Source of the DNA: Fistulifera solaris
Lineage: Eukaryota
Assembly (NCBI GenBank): GCA_030295235.1
Contig: AP026167.1
Coordinates: 558,001 to 622,000, forward strand
Length of the DNA stretch: 64,000 bases
Direction of reading: 5' to 3'
Part shown: piece after piece, positions 23,952-35,952 of the stretch
Numbering within the stretch: the stretch's first letter is position 1
Layout of the letters: every line of letters begins with the position of its first letter
Translations under genes and position numbers: made by a program
Notes under the pieces: model-generated
The model's database searches: none
Told to the model about the DNA's origin: nothing
The model's input: only the letters and a program-made list of their open reading frames with translations

Positions 23952-25022
23952 TTAATCATTGAAGTAAGGATTGTCGGGATCATCGTTGGTATAAATATCA
24001 TCATCATCATCATGATTGTTATCGTGACCCATGGAATTCTGATTCGGACCACTTCCATCGTTCATTTGTGATTTCGAATAGTACGTACGCGAGCAACGAA
24101 CAATGGCTTTGCCGACCCGACCAATCCAATCATCCTTCTCGCTTTCGGTATCCGCATACAACAAATAACACGTCTCTGGAGTCGATATCTCCATACTGTG
24201 ACGTTTCTTGGATTTCAAATCCGCACTTTTGACCGTGGTAGCCAGCGCCAAATCCAACATTCCGTGAGGAGCTGACAATTCATTCTTCCCAAAGAACAAT
24301 TTGGAGCCTTTGAGAATAAAGTATCGGCGGCGCCATTCCTAAAAGGAGGAGAAGAGAGCTTTAGATCGGAATTCGAAAAATCTAATACGACATTGAAGAC
24401 ACATTTGACGTACTTTGAGCCAGGCACTTTGCTTGGTGAGATATCCTTCATAATCGGAAGGTTCCGTTTCGTAGACAATATTGGTGATTGGATCCACATA
24501 CGGTGGACGCGTCATCCGACCACGTCGTTGCGGTTGCACTGGAACATATTGCGCTGATTGTTGCGGAGGGATGGGTGCCGGAGCATACAGCGCTTGCTGC
24601 TGTGGAGGAGCATATTGCGGTTGCTGTTGCGGAGGGATTGGCGGAGGAGGATACTGTGGTTGCGGAGGGATCTGTGCGTATTGCTGCTGCTGTTGCGGCA
24701 GCAGATAGGGACCGCCTTGATACGTCTGACCGTAAATCGCCGGTGGTTGCTGACCGTAGATTGCCTGCTGCTGTTGATGATTGTTGTTGTAGTACGGTTG
24801 CTGCTGACCGTAATAGGACTGCTGCTGCTGCGGCGGCATATTGGGCGTCGAATACATGGGTTGCTGCGGAGAATTATACATCCCTTGCTGCTGCGAAAGT
24901 TGCTGCGGCTGGTTGTAGGAATACATGGGATTTCCACCAGTGGCAGGCGTCGTCATATAACCGGGCGGGTTGTTCCCTAGATATCCGGTGTTCGCCGTGT
25001 TGCCTCCGTAGGCTGCTGCTGG

Positions 25023-25054
<32 letters not shown>

Positions 25055-25061
25055 GCTGCAT
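23952..25061 (-). CDS. PH-domain protein with Q/P/Y-rich prion-like N-terminus; intron 24339..24413
   Basis: Spliced YEGYLTKQSAWLK|EWRRRYFILKGSKLFF...YLLYADTESEKDDWIGRV matches the PH consensus; poly-Q start. Confidence 0.88.
25022..25055 (-). repeat. (CAA)n microsatellite encoding poly-Gln
   Basis: About 11 GTT units on the + strand. Confidence 0.9.
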
Positions 25062-25534
25062 GTTTGCTTGCTTTGTAATGCAAAAATCTACTAAACTAAA
25101 GAGATAACTAGAAAGGAAGAAGCAGATTAACAAAGAGCCATCCTTTCGAACGAATAAAAGTTCGCAACAGTAGTGAAACGAGTCTTTTTCGAATGTTTAG
25201 CTCGTGCCGTGCGAAAAAAGCCTGAAAAGGAACGGCGAGCGGTCACACGGTCGTCTCTCAATACTAGTAGCTTGGAAGGTCCTTTGTCGCACCAGATAAA
25301 TAAAGAGTGACTGTACCTGGTACCTGGTACTTTGTACTCTCTGGTACAGCACACAGCACACACGCGACCTTTTCTCGTGACTTGCAACGCAAATAGGACT
25401 CGATGCGATGTTTTTTTCTCTTTTGTCTCGCAATTCGAGTTCGCCTCCGAGCAACTCCGTAAAATAATAATAGAAATGACGAGCATTTCCCTTTCTTATT
25501 GCTTCTCATCATCAAGCAATTGATTATATGACGA

Positions 25535-27651
25535 ATGACAAACAGTACTCACATTACAATAATAGCCTCCGATGAAGAAACAACCATGATCGAAAAGCCG
25601 TCCACCGTGAAACGAGGATCATCGGCACTCCGGGGCAACTTGACCCGTGTACAACGCGATCGCGATCCTCTCTTTTATTATCAAGTCGAACAAATTCTCG
25701 GGATCGGTAGTATGGGAAGTGTTGTCAAAGTACGGAAACGAGAAGCAGTCGTTGGTGGCAGTGCTCGTCAGGATTTGCAATTTCATTATCGCAAAGAAAA
25801 AGTGTTGAGTCAGTGTTTTCGACTGCCGCTCGTTGGTGGTCTATTTCATATTTGTTTCAAAGGATTGTTGAAATTTAAACCAAATGCCTATCACGAAGAA
25901 AAAGAGGAAGAACCTTTCTTTGATAGTGGACATGTCAGTCACAATAGTCACGACACGGTTCCCGATTATATCAATGCCACCAGTCCGCGCAGCCAAAAGG
26001 ACATGATGTACGCGATGAAATCCATTCATCTCAGTCGAGTCACCGACCAGCGATTCTTACAAGAACTTAAAAATGAAGTGGCCATATTGAGAGATCTCGA
26101 TCATCCACACATTGTCAAAGCCATTGAAACCTTCGAACATCGGAATCAATTGTTCATCATTATGGAATTGTGTTACGGCGGAGATTTGTATTCGCGAGAC
26201 CCGTATACCGAAGAGCACGCGGCCCGTATCACGAGCAGTATTTTGTCCGCCATTGCGTACATGCACTCTAAGAATATTTTGCACCGTGATTTGAAATACG
26301 AAAATGTGTTGTTCGTCAACCATAGTCCGCAAGCAGAAATCAAACTCATCGATTTCGGTCTTTCCGCGGCGTTTGGACGTGATGAATTGACAGATGGCGT
26401 GGGAACTATGTGAGTTGAATCCCAATTGTCTTTGATGTATACTGGTAGAGCTGCTCTGACCCTTTTTCTTATTGCTATGACAGCTATACAATGGCACCAG
26501 AAGTATTGAAAAGGAAATACGGAAAACAGGCGGATGTATGGAGCGTTGGTGTCATTGCGTACGTTTCCTTCGTTGGAAGGAGCCGTCTAAACAATCTTTC
26601 ACTCACATGCTCCTTCTTTTTGCAGTTATATGTTGTTATCGAGTCAGATGCCTTTTTACGGAAAGAAGCGGCAACATATCGTCGAACAAATCATGTCAGG
26701 GAAATACGAATTCAACGGTCGACGATGGAAGCGCGTTTCTAATCAGGCAAAAGAATTTGTTGCGGACTTATTAGTGGTGGACCCAGCGGAGCGCTTGACG
26801 GCGGATCAGGCATTGGCGGCGGCATGGTTGAATCGCGGTTTTAGCGCTACTCTTCGAAGTCCGAGTGCGGATGAGTTTGAAGCCGCCCACCAGAGTATGG
26901 TGAACTATGCCAAGTATTCCAAATTGAAACAAGTGGCACTAATGGTCATCGCTCATCGCTCAACTAGCGAAGAAATCGGCGTACTACGGAAACTGTTTCA
27001 AAAGTACGACACGGAGGGACGTGGGCACGTGACCTACGAGCAGTTCCGAAAAACAATTTTGGGCGCAGGTTATTCAGAAGACGCATGTCGGCAGATTTTT
27101 GATGCAGTGGTAAGTTCGTGTCTCCACTGTTTGAATACTCCGATTGTGTGAGATATCTTAAACGATTTTTGGGCGCCTTGTACAAGGATCAAGACGGAAG
27201 TGGTTTGATTCGGTATACGGAGTTCCTGGCTTCCACCATTGAAGCACAGGGTGCTATCGACGAACGTCGTTTAGCGGAGGCGTTTGACCGCCTCGACAGT
27301 GACGACTCGGGCTATATTACCGTAGAAAATTTGAAGGGCATTCTGGGCGATGACTTTCCAGATTCAGAAGTTGAGGCTATATTGAAAGAGTGTGCTAAAG
27401 ATGGCAATGTATCATACATGGATTTCCTGGCTCAATGGAATACACAGAAAGAAACAAAACGCCAAGATTTCTTGGCTGACATCTCTAATCTAACGTATAG
27501 CAGTGGACATCCATTACCACAAGGCCCACTGTTCACAGACGAAGCATCCAGAACCGGGACGTCACCCTCTAGCATGGTAAAAACAGACTCGCATGGTCCT
27601 GAAGCCGCAGTCGTTCAGCACGAAGGAGATCATGCATTCGCCGATGTATAA
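25535..27651 (+). CDS. Calcium-dependent protein kinase (kinase + EF hands); introns 26410..26483, 26559..26625, 27110..27186
   Basis: Kinase motifs [37 protein letters not shown]; junction [13 protein letters not shown] loops [39 protein letters not shown]. Confidence 0.92.
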
Positions 27652-27717
27652 CGAACAGCTACTAGTGTAAAGTAAAGTAATATTATTCTTTTCGTTATTG
27701 TTATCTTGCCGCATTCC

Positions 27718-29371
27718 CTATTGACGAAGCCCGCAAGTTGCTGTTGACTCGTCTGCTGGTAGGGATGGATCAAATCTATGCATCAATTCACGAAAAGACC
27801 AGGCTGCTCGAAATGCACCCCCATGTGGCATCGTCCAAGCCCAAAAATATAAATCAACATTCGCTGCAGAAGCTGCTTGCAATTGATCTTCGTACGATAT
27901 CTGTAAAGTCCGCGTATCTCGGCACGAAAGCAAAACGGAATGATGAGTCGAGGCGGAAAACTCTCCGGAAACTAATCGAGCTGTTGGTTCTTGAAGCGCC
28001 CCCCGAAAGATTTGAGCCCACGTACTACACGAACGCAACACCGTTTCGGCTTGCGGACTGGCACACCGAAATGCCGCATCATGCCCCGACACAGTACCAT
28101 AGCATCGTCCTTCCCAAGCATGGTAATGATGCATATCCAAAACGGCCCATTCCTTGCGCTCGTTTTGTGTCGTTACAAGCTTCCACCAGTCGGCAATGAT
28201 TTGAGTCGCTACAGGATGACGTCCCGCCGGATCGTCACTATCACCGGTAGTCAATGCCTGGACAAAGATCGATTCATGTACATTTACGATCAAATCAACA
28301 CCTCTGCTCGGTAACGATGTCCGCCGAAATGCCCTGATGGCATCGCTCTGCCACCGCAAGACGCGCAAATGAGGACCATCCGGGATATTCACCAGTGGCT
28401 CGTCATTCAAAGTATAATCGGGTACAAATGATTCGCTATCAGGGTTGTACGATCCCGGTCCAAACATACCCGCTAAATGAGCTGGTTCATTCATGGGTGT
28501 GATTCCACCCAGTCCATCGAATGCTTTGGGCTCCAACGATTCGACCCACGACAAAAAGTCCCGAAAAATTCCCCTCCCTACGTCCTGGTCATTCAAGGGG
28601 TCGTCGTACTTCCAAAACAGACAAGGTCGAGGCCAAACACCGGAAAACGTCCCGATGGAAGTACCACCGGGATAGGTATGAATGTCGAGGACTGCTTTGA
28701 GTCCCCAACGATGACATTCTTTCAAGAATCGAACGATCAGTGGTTTGGGGACCGCCGGCCAGTACACGGTCACATTTTCTCGTGCAAAGAAAGGATCGAT
28801 ACAAGCAAATCGATCCAGAGTGATTGCAGTTGACTTGGTCATGGTAGGATTTTCCGATGTGAGACACCAACTCATCGGTACCCGTATCGATCGTACACCC
28901 ATGGCTTGCAACAGGGGCAGATCGGCAACGACTCGATCGAAATAATAGTTCCGGTACGCATCCAACGCCCGGACCGCTTCGACCAGGCCTCGTTGGTCGA
29001 TCAATTGCTGAAATAAATCCGTTTCGGAATGCCAGGCAATATTGTTGAGTAGGGGGAGGGAAACAGCGCGCAGCCGTGTCGTTTGAGGCCGTGGCCACTT
29101 CGACGGCGCCATCGTCTCCGACAAAGAAATAATCTTCCAACGACAACCAGGAAGCGAAATTGACACCGTAGGGGATCCCAGGCTGTGTTCTCTGTAGGGA
29201 GTCGTCGTCTGCGGACCCATGATGGAGATAGAAACCCAAGGATAGCAAGGTGAATAAGGTGAAAAATATAATTGCTTTTGTTGGATATGAATTCCATGAA
29301 CACAGATTGCGGCGTGTTTCGACATTGTCGTCTTCGTCAACCGAAGGGATCGCTGTGTAGTGAGGTGACAT
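27718..29371 (-). CDS. Second GH5 (exo-1,3-beta-glucanase-like) with N-terminal signal anchor; indel at G-run ~29052
   Basis: GVNFASWLSLEDYF, SIRVPM, VLDIHTYPG, catalytic NEP and GEFS, DMHHYHAW, YFWAW; TM AIIFFTLFTLLSLGFYL. Confidence 0.85.
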
Positions 29372-29941
29372 TTGTATTGATTATAGTACAAGAATAGAGA
29401 CAAAGATTGCAAATAAAAGGACGGAAAGAGAAGAATGAGGCCGAAACGATTTTGGATCTTTCGTCGATCCAAAAATGTTTCGGAGAACGGGAGAAAATCG
29501 TTGGCGCCGAATAAGGATGGAAATGGAACTGCAGCAGCTCATGACTAAATCCAGTCTTGGCGAAAAACAGACAACACTAGGAACCTACAGTAAATTAGAT
29601 TGACGAACCCCGCAAGACGTTTCGACATCATTGTAAGTGACTTGCGCATTGCAAAATGTTGCTGAAGACTTTTTTCATTTGGAATAAAACGACACAGGTT
29701 TCTTTCAAAGCTTGCAAAAGGAACATAATTATTATTTAGATAACAGTCGATCTCGGGAGAGGGTTGACTCATGACTGAAATCCAGTCGTGGTCAGTGATG
29801 TATGTCCTATTGTGGAAAAAAGAAACGACGGAAGAATGGGTCGATTCTATTGGCCGAAACTTCTTTCTCCTCAAACAAAATCTTCAGGCTTCCGGGACTT
29901 TAGAAATCATGGAAGAGCACGGTATGAGAGAATAATAAATC

Positions 29942-30278
29942 GACGCTAAAAGATAGAAATAATTGTGCAACGCACCGTCCCCCAGAATGCACAACAATAA
30001 ACTGATCAAGCCCTAACAGTAAGATTGAATGAAGACACTATTGAATTCGGAAACTTAGTTGAAAGCAAGAAAAGCATGTCCTTTTCTTTTCGATTCCCCA
30101 CTAGTATGAAAGGATAGTTGACGCTAAAAGATAGAGAAAGGTGATGCACCTTCCTCTATAATCAAAGACAATGGACTGGTCAAGCCCTTGCAGCAAAATG
30201 AAAGCAACACTTTCACTTTTCGGAATAGCTTAAATACTAACAACTAATCCCCGACCTTTCCTTTTCGATTCCCCACTA
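29942..30278. repeat. Degenerate tandem duplication, ~178-bp unit, 2 copies
   Basis: Shared blocks GACGCTAAAAGATAGA (29942/30120), ACTGxTCAAGCCCT and CTTTTCGATTCCCCACTA at constant offset. Confidence 0.75.
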
Positions 30279-30312
30279 CTTTGTTTCCGTCCACCGATTC
30301 CAACGTGATTTT

Positions 30313-31473
30313 TCATCCTGTAGCATACATCGAGACAGTGCCATAATTCTTCGTTTCCGTGTAAAAAGGTTTGGTGTACAAGAATTGAATGATGGGTCGG
30401 ATTTTTTCGGAATGATTTGCCATACCGCGGTGCATGAGACGATAATCGTACAGGACACTTTGTCCCGCACACAGAATGCCGTCAAAATCAGCCGCCAACC
30501 ATTTTGCGGCCGGACCAAAGCCCACCAATTGACTGGTTTTGTGCGATCCCAAAAAGAATTGCGTGAATCCCACAGCCGAATTCAGATCAATGAGAGGAAG
30601 AAATACACAAAGCGCGTACGGAGGAGCGTGGCCGTGACCATTTTCATCCGCTTCGGCTTGCAAGTGACCTCCATCGCAATGCCAACCTTGATTTTGTGCG
30701 CCTGGTTTTGAATAAATGACATTGGCTTCAACTTTCCAGTTGCCTGCACCGAATACGTCTTGTACCAAGTTGAACCATGGACCGGTCTCCGTGGCGACTT
30801 GACGCAAGGCCGACCATTCCTCGTCACCAAAGATATCCACGCGTATATCGTAACGCAATCCGGAGCGACTACCAATTTCTTGAAACAAGAAATCACCATT
30901 TTGGTAATCAATGTCGGGATGATTTTTGGCAAAGTAATCTTCGACTCGTTGAATGAAACGATACGTTGTGTTTCGAATACCATCGAGACTCTGTTCATCG
31001 ACTCGTGTATGGCACACAAGTAAACCCAAATCATCAAAGCGCTTTTGATTGCTTTCCTTGTCGTTTGTATCAAAAAGCAGGTCCTCTTGGGTATATTTTT
31101 TGTCCATCAAGGGTAAATAGCTGGATGACTCGACCAAAACTTCCATCTCCATGGTTCTGCCAGGATCGGCGAAAGCATCTCGTAGAATAGTGAAAATGGG
31201 AGAATCATCACCTTCACCGTAACAGCAACAAAGGGAAATGGATATATCCACGGTCGTCGCATCTACAGTACGGCATCGGTGTAGTTTCCATTGACGGCGA
31301 GTAGTGTCGGCCAATAATAAGTGTTGGGCCAATTTCGTGACAATTTCGTTTTCCTGAAAAAAATCGTTATTTATATTGGAAATCCGTATTACTTTCGTAA
31401 CTCTCTGCCAATTTTCGTTATCGTCGTCATCACCATCTTCTTCTTCTTCTTCTGATTTGTGGTAGTGTTGCAT
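30313..31473 (-). CDS. Phytanoyl-CoA dioxygenase (PhyH)-like 2OG-Fe(II) oxygenase
   Basis: PGAQNQGWHCDG (HxD), VFLPLIDL, GFTQFFLGSHK, DYRLMHRGMAN..RP. Confidence 0.85.
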   Translation of the reverse strand: MQHYHKSEEEEEDGDDDDNENWQRVTKVIRISNINNDFFQENEIVTKLAQHLLLADTTRRQWKLHRCRTVDATTVDISISLCCCYGEGDDSPIFTILRDAFADPGRTMEMEVLVESSSYLPLMDKKYTQEDLLFDTNDKESNQKRFDDLGLLVCHTRVDEQSLDGIRNTTYRFIQRVEDYFAKNHPDIDYQNGDFLFQEIGSRSGLRYDIRVDIFGDEEWSALRQVATETGPWFNLVQDVFGAGNWKVEANVIYSKPGAQNQGWHCDGGHLQAEADENGHGHAPPYALCVFLPLIDLNSAVGFTQFFLGSHKTSQLVGFGPAAKWLAADFDGILCAGQSVLYDYRLMHRGMANHSEKIRPIIQFLYTKPFYTETKNYGTVSMYATG

Positions 31474-32207
31474 GGATGTTTGTTGGAGATGTTACTACTG
31501 CTTTGGATGGTCAGCAAACATGTATAAGCATGACTTTGCTTGGGGACATGCCGTCAATTTCAAATAATAATAATAATGGCGATTGTAAACTCCGGGTCTT
31601 CCCTCCATCGACGAATTTCCTACGAGGCCTACGTCAAAAGCACGTACAAATAATTCAAAGAGGTGCACCGTTCGTCTTTACCTACTTTGTATATAGTAGC
31701 TCTCTAGAGATATAACGTTTTCGAGTTGTCATCGAATGCCCATTATCGTGTCATACATATAGGAACGCATGATCCATATAATGGTGAAACATTGCATGAC
31801 ATTCGACGCAAATAAGAGACATTGAAATTTGGAATTGTTGCAACATGGCAGTATCCGGGTTTCTTCTGTCGCTCGATGTTGTAAAAAACGTTGTAAATGA
31901 CTACCAGTACGAGGCCAACGTGTAAAAAGGAACGTAGGAAGTAGGAACTCTCTAGGAACAGACAACAACGCCAGAAAACCCTCATCAGGAACAGCAACTG
32001 GATGGAGGTTACCGCCTTCAAACAAATGTACTTTGTAGTGAGTGAAACCAAAAAGAAACATTCAGTTGAACAACAACTCACATTGCGCTGTCAACAACAA
32101 AAAAAAAACTAGCTCTGTGGTTGTTTAACCCTGAATGGATTGACGTTGAAAAATCTTTAAGAACAGTAACCCACAAGAAAAGATTTTTTTCCCTTCCGTG
32201 AAGAACC

Positions 32208-35200
32208 ATGAACTTTGTGCATGAGTCCATGAAACAGCGCAATCAAGACTACGATTCCCCAAGCACTCAACACCGGAACAACCATTCGACACCGCAGACG
32301 ACAGCCTCTATTCGAGATGACACGAATCCGAACAGAATGGAAGCACCACAAAGTATTCGACGAACACGCTGTCCATTACTCTTCGATCACAACGCACGTA
32401 GACTGTATCTGTTACAAATTCTCAATCTGCACGTGTGGAAAGCGATGATGATCTGCTGTACCACCATCTTGTTGTTTGGTGCCCAAATCCGCGATTTGTT
32501 CTTCCCCAAAAGTGCCGATTTGGCAGTCGACATTGTCTTTTGATGGTAGTTTGTTTCTTTTGGGTGGATACTCTGTTTCGTATGGATTGTGAAACCAACT
32601 ACTTCCGTTTCTATCTGTTCACTTCGTACGGATACTCCAGCGGAAGGACCGTGCCGCGCACTTCCGACCTGCGGGAAGTGGATCCATCCGTCGGACATTG
32701 TTGTGGAAAACCGTTTCACATCGGTTCCTTCTTATTCTGGTGCGACATTATTTCCACCGTGGCTCTTTTGCGTGAGATTACACTGTTGGACCCTACTGGT
32801 ATTTTTGATGAAGCTCGTATTGAGATCCGCTTGGATGAATTGGGTATGCCATGGGACGTAAGTGACGAAAGAAACTGCACTTTATTTGCAATACACGACA
32901 GGATACACACTCACCGCACAAGGATTAATAGGTCACTGGCCTGGGCCACGTCAATGAAGCATCTCCACTCGAATACAACGCTTGGGACTTGCTCGCCATC
33001 ATCGGAAAGACAGCACGAGTGGCTCGCTTTATCCGCTCATCAACCGCGGTGAAACTAGCTTCGCGTATCAATTGGTTCAAAATATTGAATGCTTTCAATC
33101 CATTCACTTGGTGTCGAAGGCCTTCAAAAGCGGTGCCGGGGGAGGCCAAGGTTGGGTTGAAACGAGTGGACATTCTGGATCGACGCGCTTCCTGGACAAA
33201 AGCCATTCTTCAATCGCAAATTCAGCAACGCCCAATACCAGAATCCACCAGTCTTCGTGGGGGACTGACGAAAGTGCTGCGCACTCTCGGGATTAGGAAA
33301 GATAACAAACACGAATTCCGCCGACAAATGGCTGCCACGAAAATTCAACGTGCGTGGCGTCGGTGCCGTGCCACGAACAATGTCGATCCAGAGGGTCATG
33401 AGAATCATGGTTACGATGACATGGCGTGGAAAGGAAGGGGAGCTTCCAGTGCTACACGCGATTCCAAGAAATCAAGCACGGGGCGCGGTGGCACGTCCGC
33501 GAATGGGACTATCTCGGATCCGATGAATCGTGGATCCGAACGCATTTCTGATCGCCGAAGACGAAACGAGTCGCAAGTTGGTACAGCCATGCGTCAATTG
33601 ACGGGACAGCGTGTGGCGATTGGTATCATTGTGGCTCTTGTAATCACGGTGCTCTTGACGTATCAAGAAATTAGTGCCGTTGCCGCTACAACGATGATTG
33701 TCTTGCATTCCCAAACCGCAAATGCGTTATTTGCCGAAAAAGCGCTATCCGCTGCCAAGTCCAGCTCCGTTGACAATCTCTTTAAATATTTTTTGGCCAA
33801 CGGGGACATGGTTGAATTTCCTTTGAAGAATGGCGAAGTTGATCCGGCCGACTTGAGGGATTCTGAAACGTTGCGCATTATCGTCACAGATACTGCGGGC
33901 AACATGACTGTGGGGCTTCTCTCAATACGTGATGAGATACGTGAACAAGCCATGGTGTCAATTTTGTCCACTATATTCGTTTTGCTTGTGTGGTTCTTTG
34001 GTGTGACATCATTTGCCGGACCAGTCATGATTCTTGTTGTTATTCCCATCGAAAGAATGGTGCGATTGCTGACTATGCTGATGTTGGATCCACTGGGTTA
34101 TCAAAATACATCGCGTTACAAGCGATTCGTGGCAGAGGAAGATGAGATCACCAAAAATACGCACTGGACGAAGGAAGTTTTGAAAGGCATGGAGACATCA
34201 TTTTTGATGTCAACAATTCTTCGTATCGGTAGTCTGATGAAGGTCGGCTTTGGAAGCGCGGGTGTAGAAATAATCCGTCGCAACTTAGAAAGAGGCCAGA
34301 ACAAAAATTCTGTCATGCTCAGCAATCAGGGTTCCACCGTGTCGTGCATCTTTCTCTTTTCTGATATTCGTCAATTTACGGATGCCACAGAATGCCTACA
34401 AGAAGAAGTGTTTGTCTTCACAAACCGTATTGCCGCAGTAGTGCACTCCATTTGTCATTCCTATGGAGGTTCTGCCAACAAGAACATAGGCGATGCCTTC
34501 TTGCTAAGCTGGATTCTCGATGAAGACACAGGGCAATCGAGTGAGCTATATTCTGGAAGATCTGAAAAGTTCGCTGCGAAGCACAATCAAGCTGATAAAG
34601 CTCTCTTGTCGGTCGTAAAAATCTGCATGGCATTGTATCATGACGATTACTATGTTGAGACGATGAGCTCTTACGCCCGAGACGCGCTTTTAGCCAAAAT
34701 TGCAACGCGAAAAACGAAAGGTCCCATTGTTCAAATGGGCTTTGGCTTACATGCCGGAACGGCGGTTCAAGGTGCAATCGGTTCCACCCGTAAGATCGAT
34801 GCCACCTATGTATCCGAAGCGGTAGAAAGAGCCGAATTTCTTGAGTCATCCACGAAGAAATATGGACTAAAGATGTTAATGTCAGACGCCTTCCATAAAC
34901 TCTTAACCCCAAATCAACGCCGCCGTTGTCGAAAGATCGACCAAATTATTATCCGCAATGACGACGATGACGATGAGGAATCTGAGTTACCTGAGGGAGA
35001 CATTGTCGAGTTGCTGACTTTCGATATGGACATTGACGCACTCTGGGTAGATGCCAAGCATGGAGCAAAGGCGCCAAAGTCCGACGCGGACTCCGAAGCG
35101 GGAAGTGATAGAGGATCCAAGCGCGATATTTTTAGTAAAAGCTCTCAGGGCCTCCGACAGGCTTCCGGTGTACTTATGAAACGTCGACGAAGCATTATTA

Positions 35201-35601
35201 TGGGAATTGGTGGCGGTAAAGACTTCGGAAGCGATGAACTCAGTGATGGTGGGCTTACCCCCGGACTGGGTGGTGTACAGCTTCCAACGGAACAAGAGAA
35301 AGAAGCATTCAAGCCACCGGAGTTAGTGCTTCCCACGGGCCCTGCATTGTACAATCCAAGTGTGTGGACAGATCCTGTGATGAAGAAAATGAGAAAGGAA
35401 TTCACCGATGGTCTATTCTTCCAAAATTTCAACAATGGGCTGCAGGCGTACTACAGCAAGGACTGGGACTATGCCAAGCAATGTTTTGCCAATGTCTTGG
35501 ATCGCTACGAAGACGGTCCGTCAAGATACTTCTTTGAGGAAATCAAGAAGCACAACGGAGTGCCACCTCGAAATTTCTTGCCTTATGGTGTCAGCGACTA
35601 G
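32208..35601 (+). CDS. Voltage-sensor/K+-channel-type class III adenylyl cyclase (alveolate AC-alpha-like) with IQ motif and C-terminal TPR-like helix pair; intron 32858..32931; T-run indel ~32540
   Basis: S1-S3-like helices (TILLFGAQIRD, FFWVDTLFR, SFLFWCDIIST), S4-like KTARVARFIR, IQ motif AATKIQRAWR, two further TMs, KVGFG, cyclase motifs FSDIRQFT, ANKNIGDAF, GFGLHAG, KIDATY; FNNGLQAYYSKDWDYAKQCF. Confidence 0.88.
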
Positions 35602-35952
35602 TCAATCGTCGGGACCTCACATTTTGCGGTTTGTTGTGGGGGTACCGGAAAGAAAACGCGATCAAGCATTTTTCGGTGGAAAAGGTAACGCCACCCACCC
35701 TCTAGACTCTAAACGAAGGTTTGTTGAGTTTGTCGAGTTTGTCGTGGTGCCAGCTAAAAGCACGTCACAACGGCGGTGGTGCGAAATTTTTAACCTTTGG
35801 TAGTATTCTTTAATTGATAGCCGAAGAAGGATTTTCGGTATGCGGCAAAAAAAAAATGAATCATCGTCAATCGTTTCAAAGATGTTGATCATAAAATAGT
35901 TCAGACAAAACATCGTCCATAGTTTAGACTTTTAGAGATCATCGAAGGAGAT

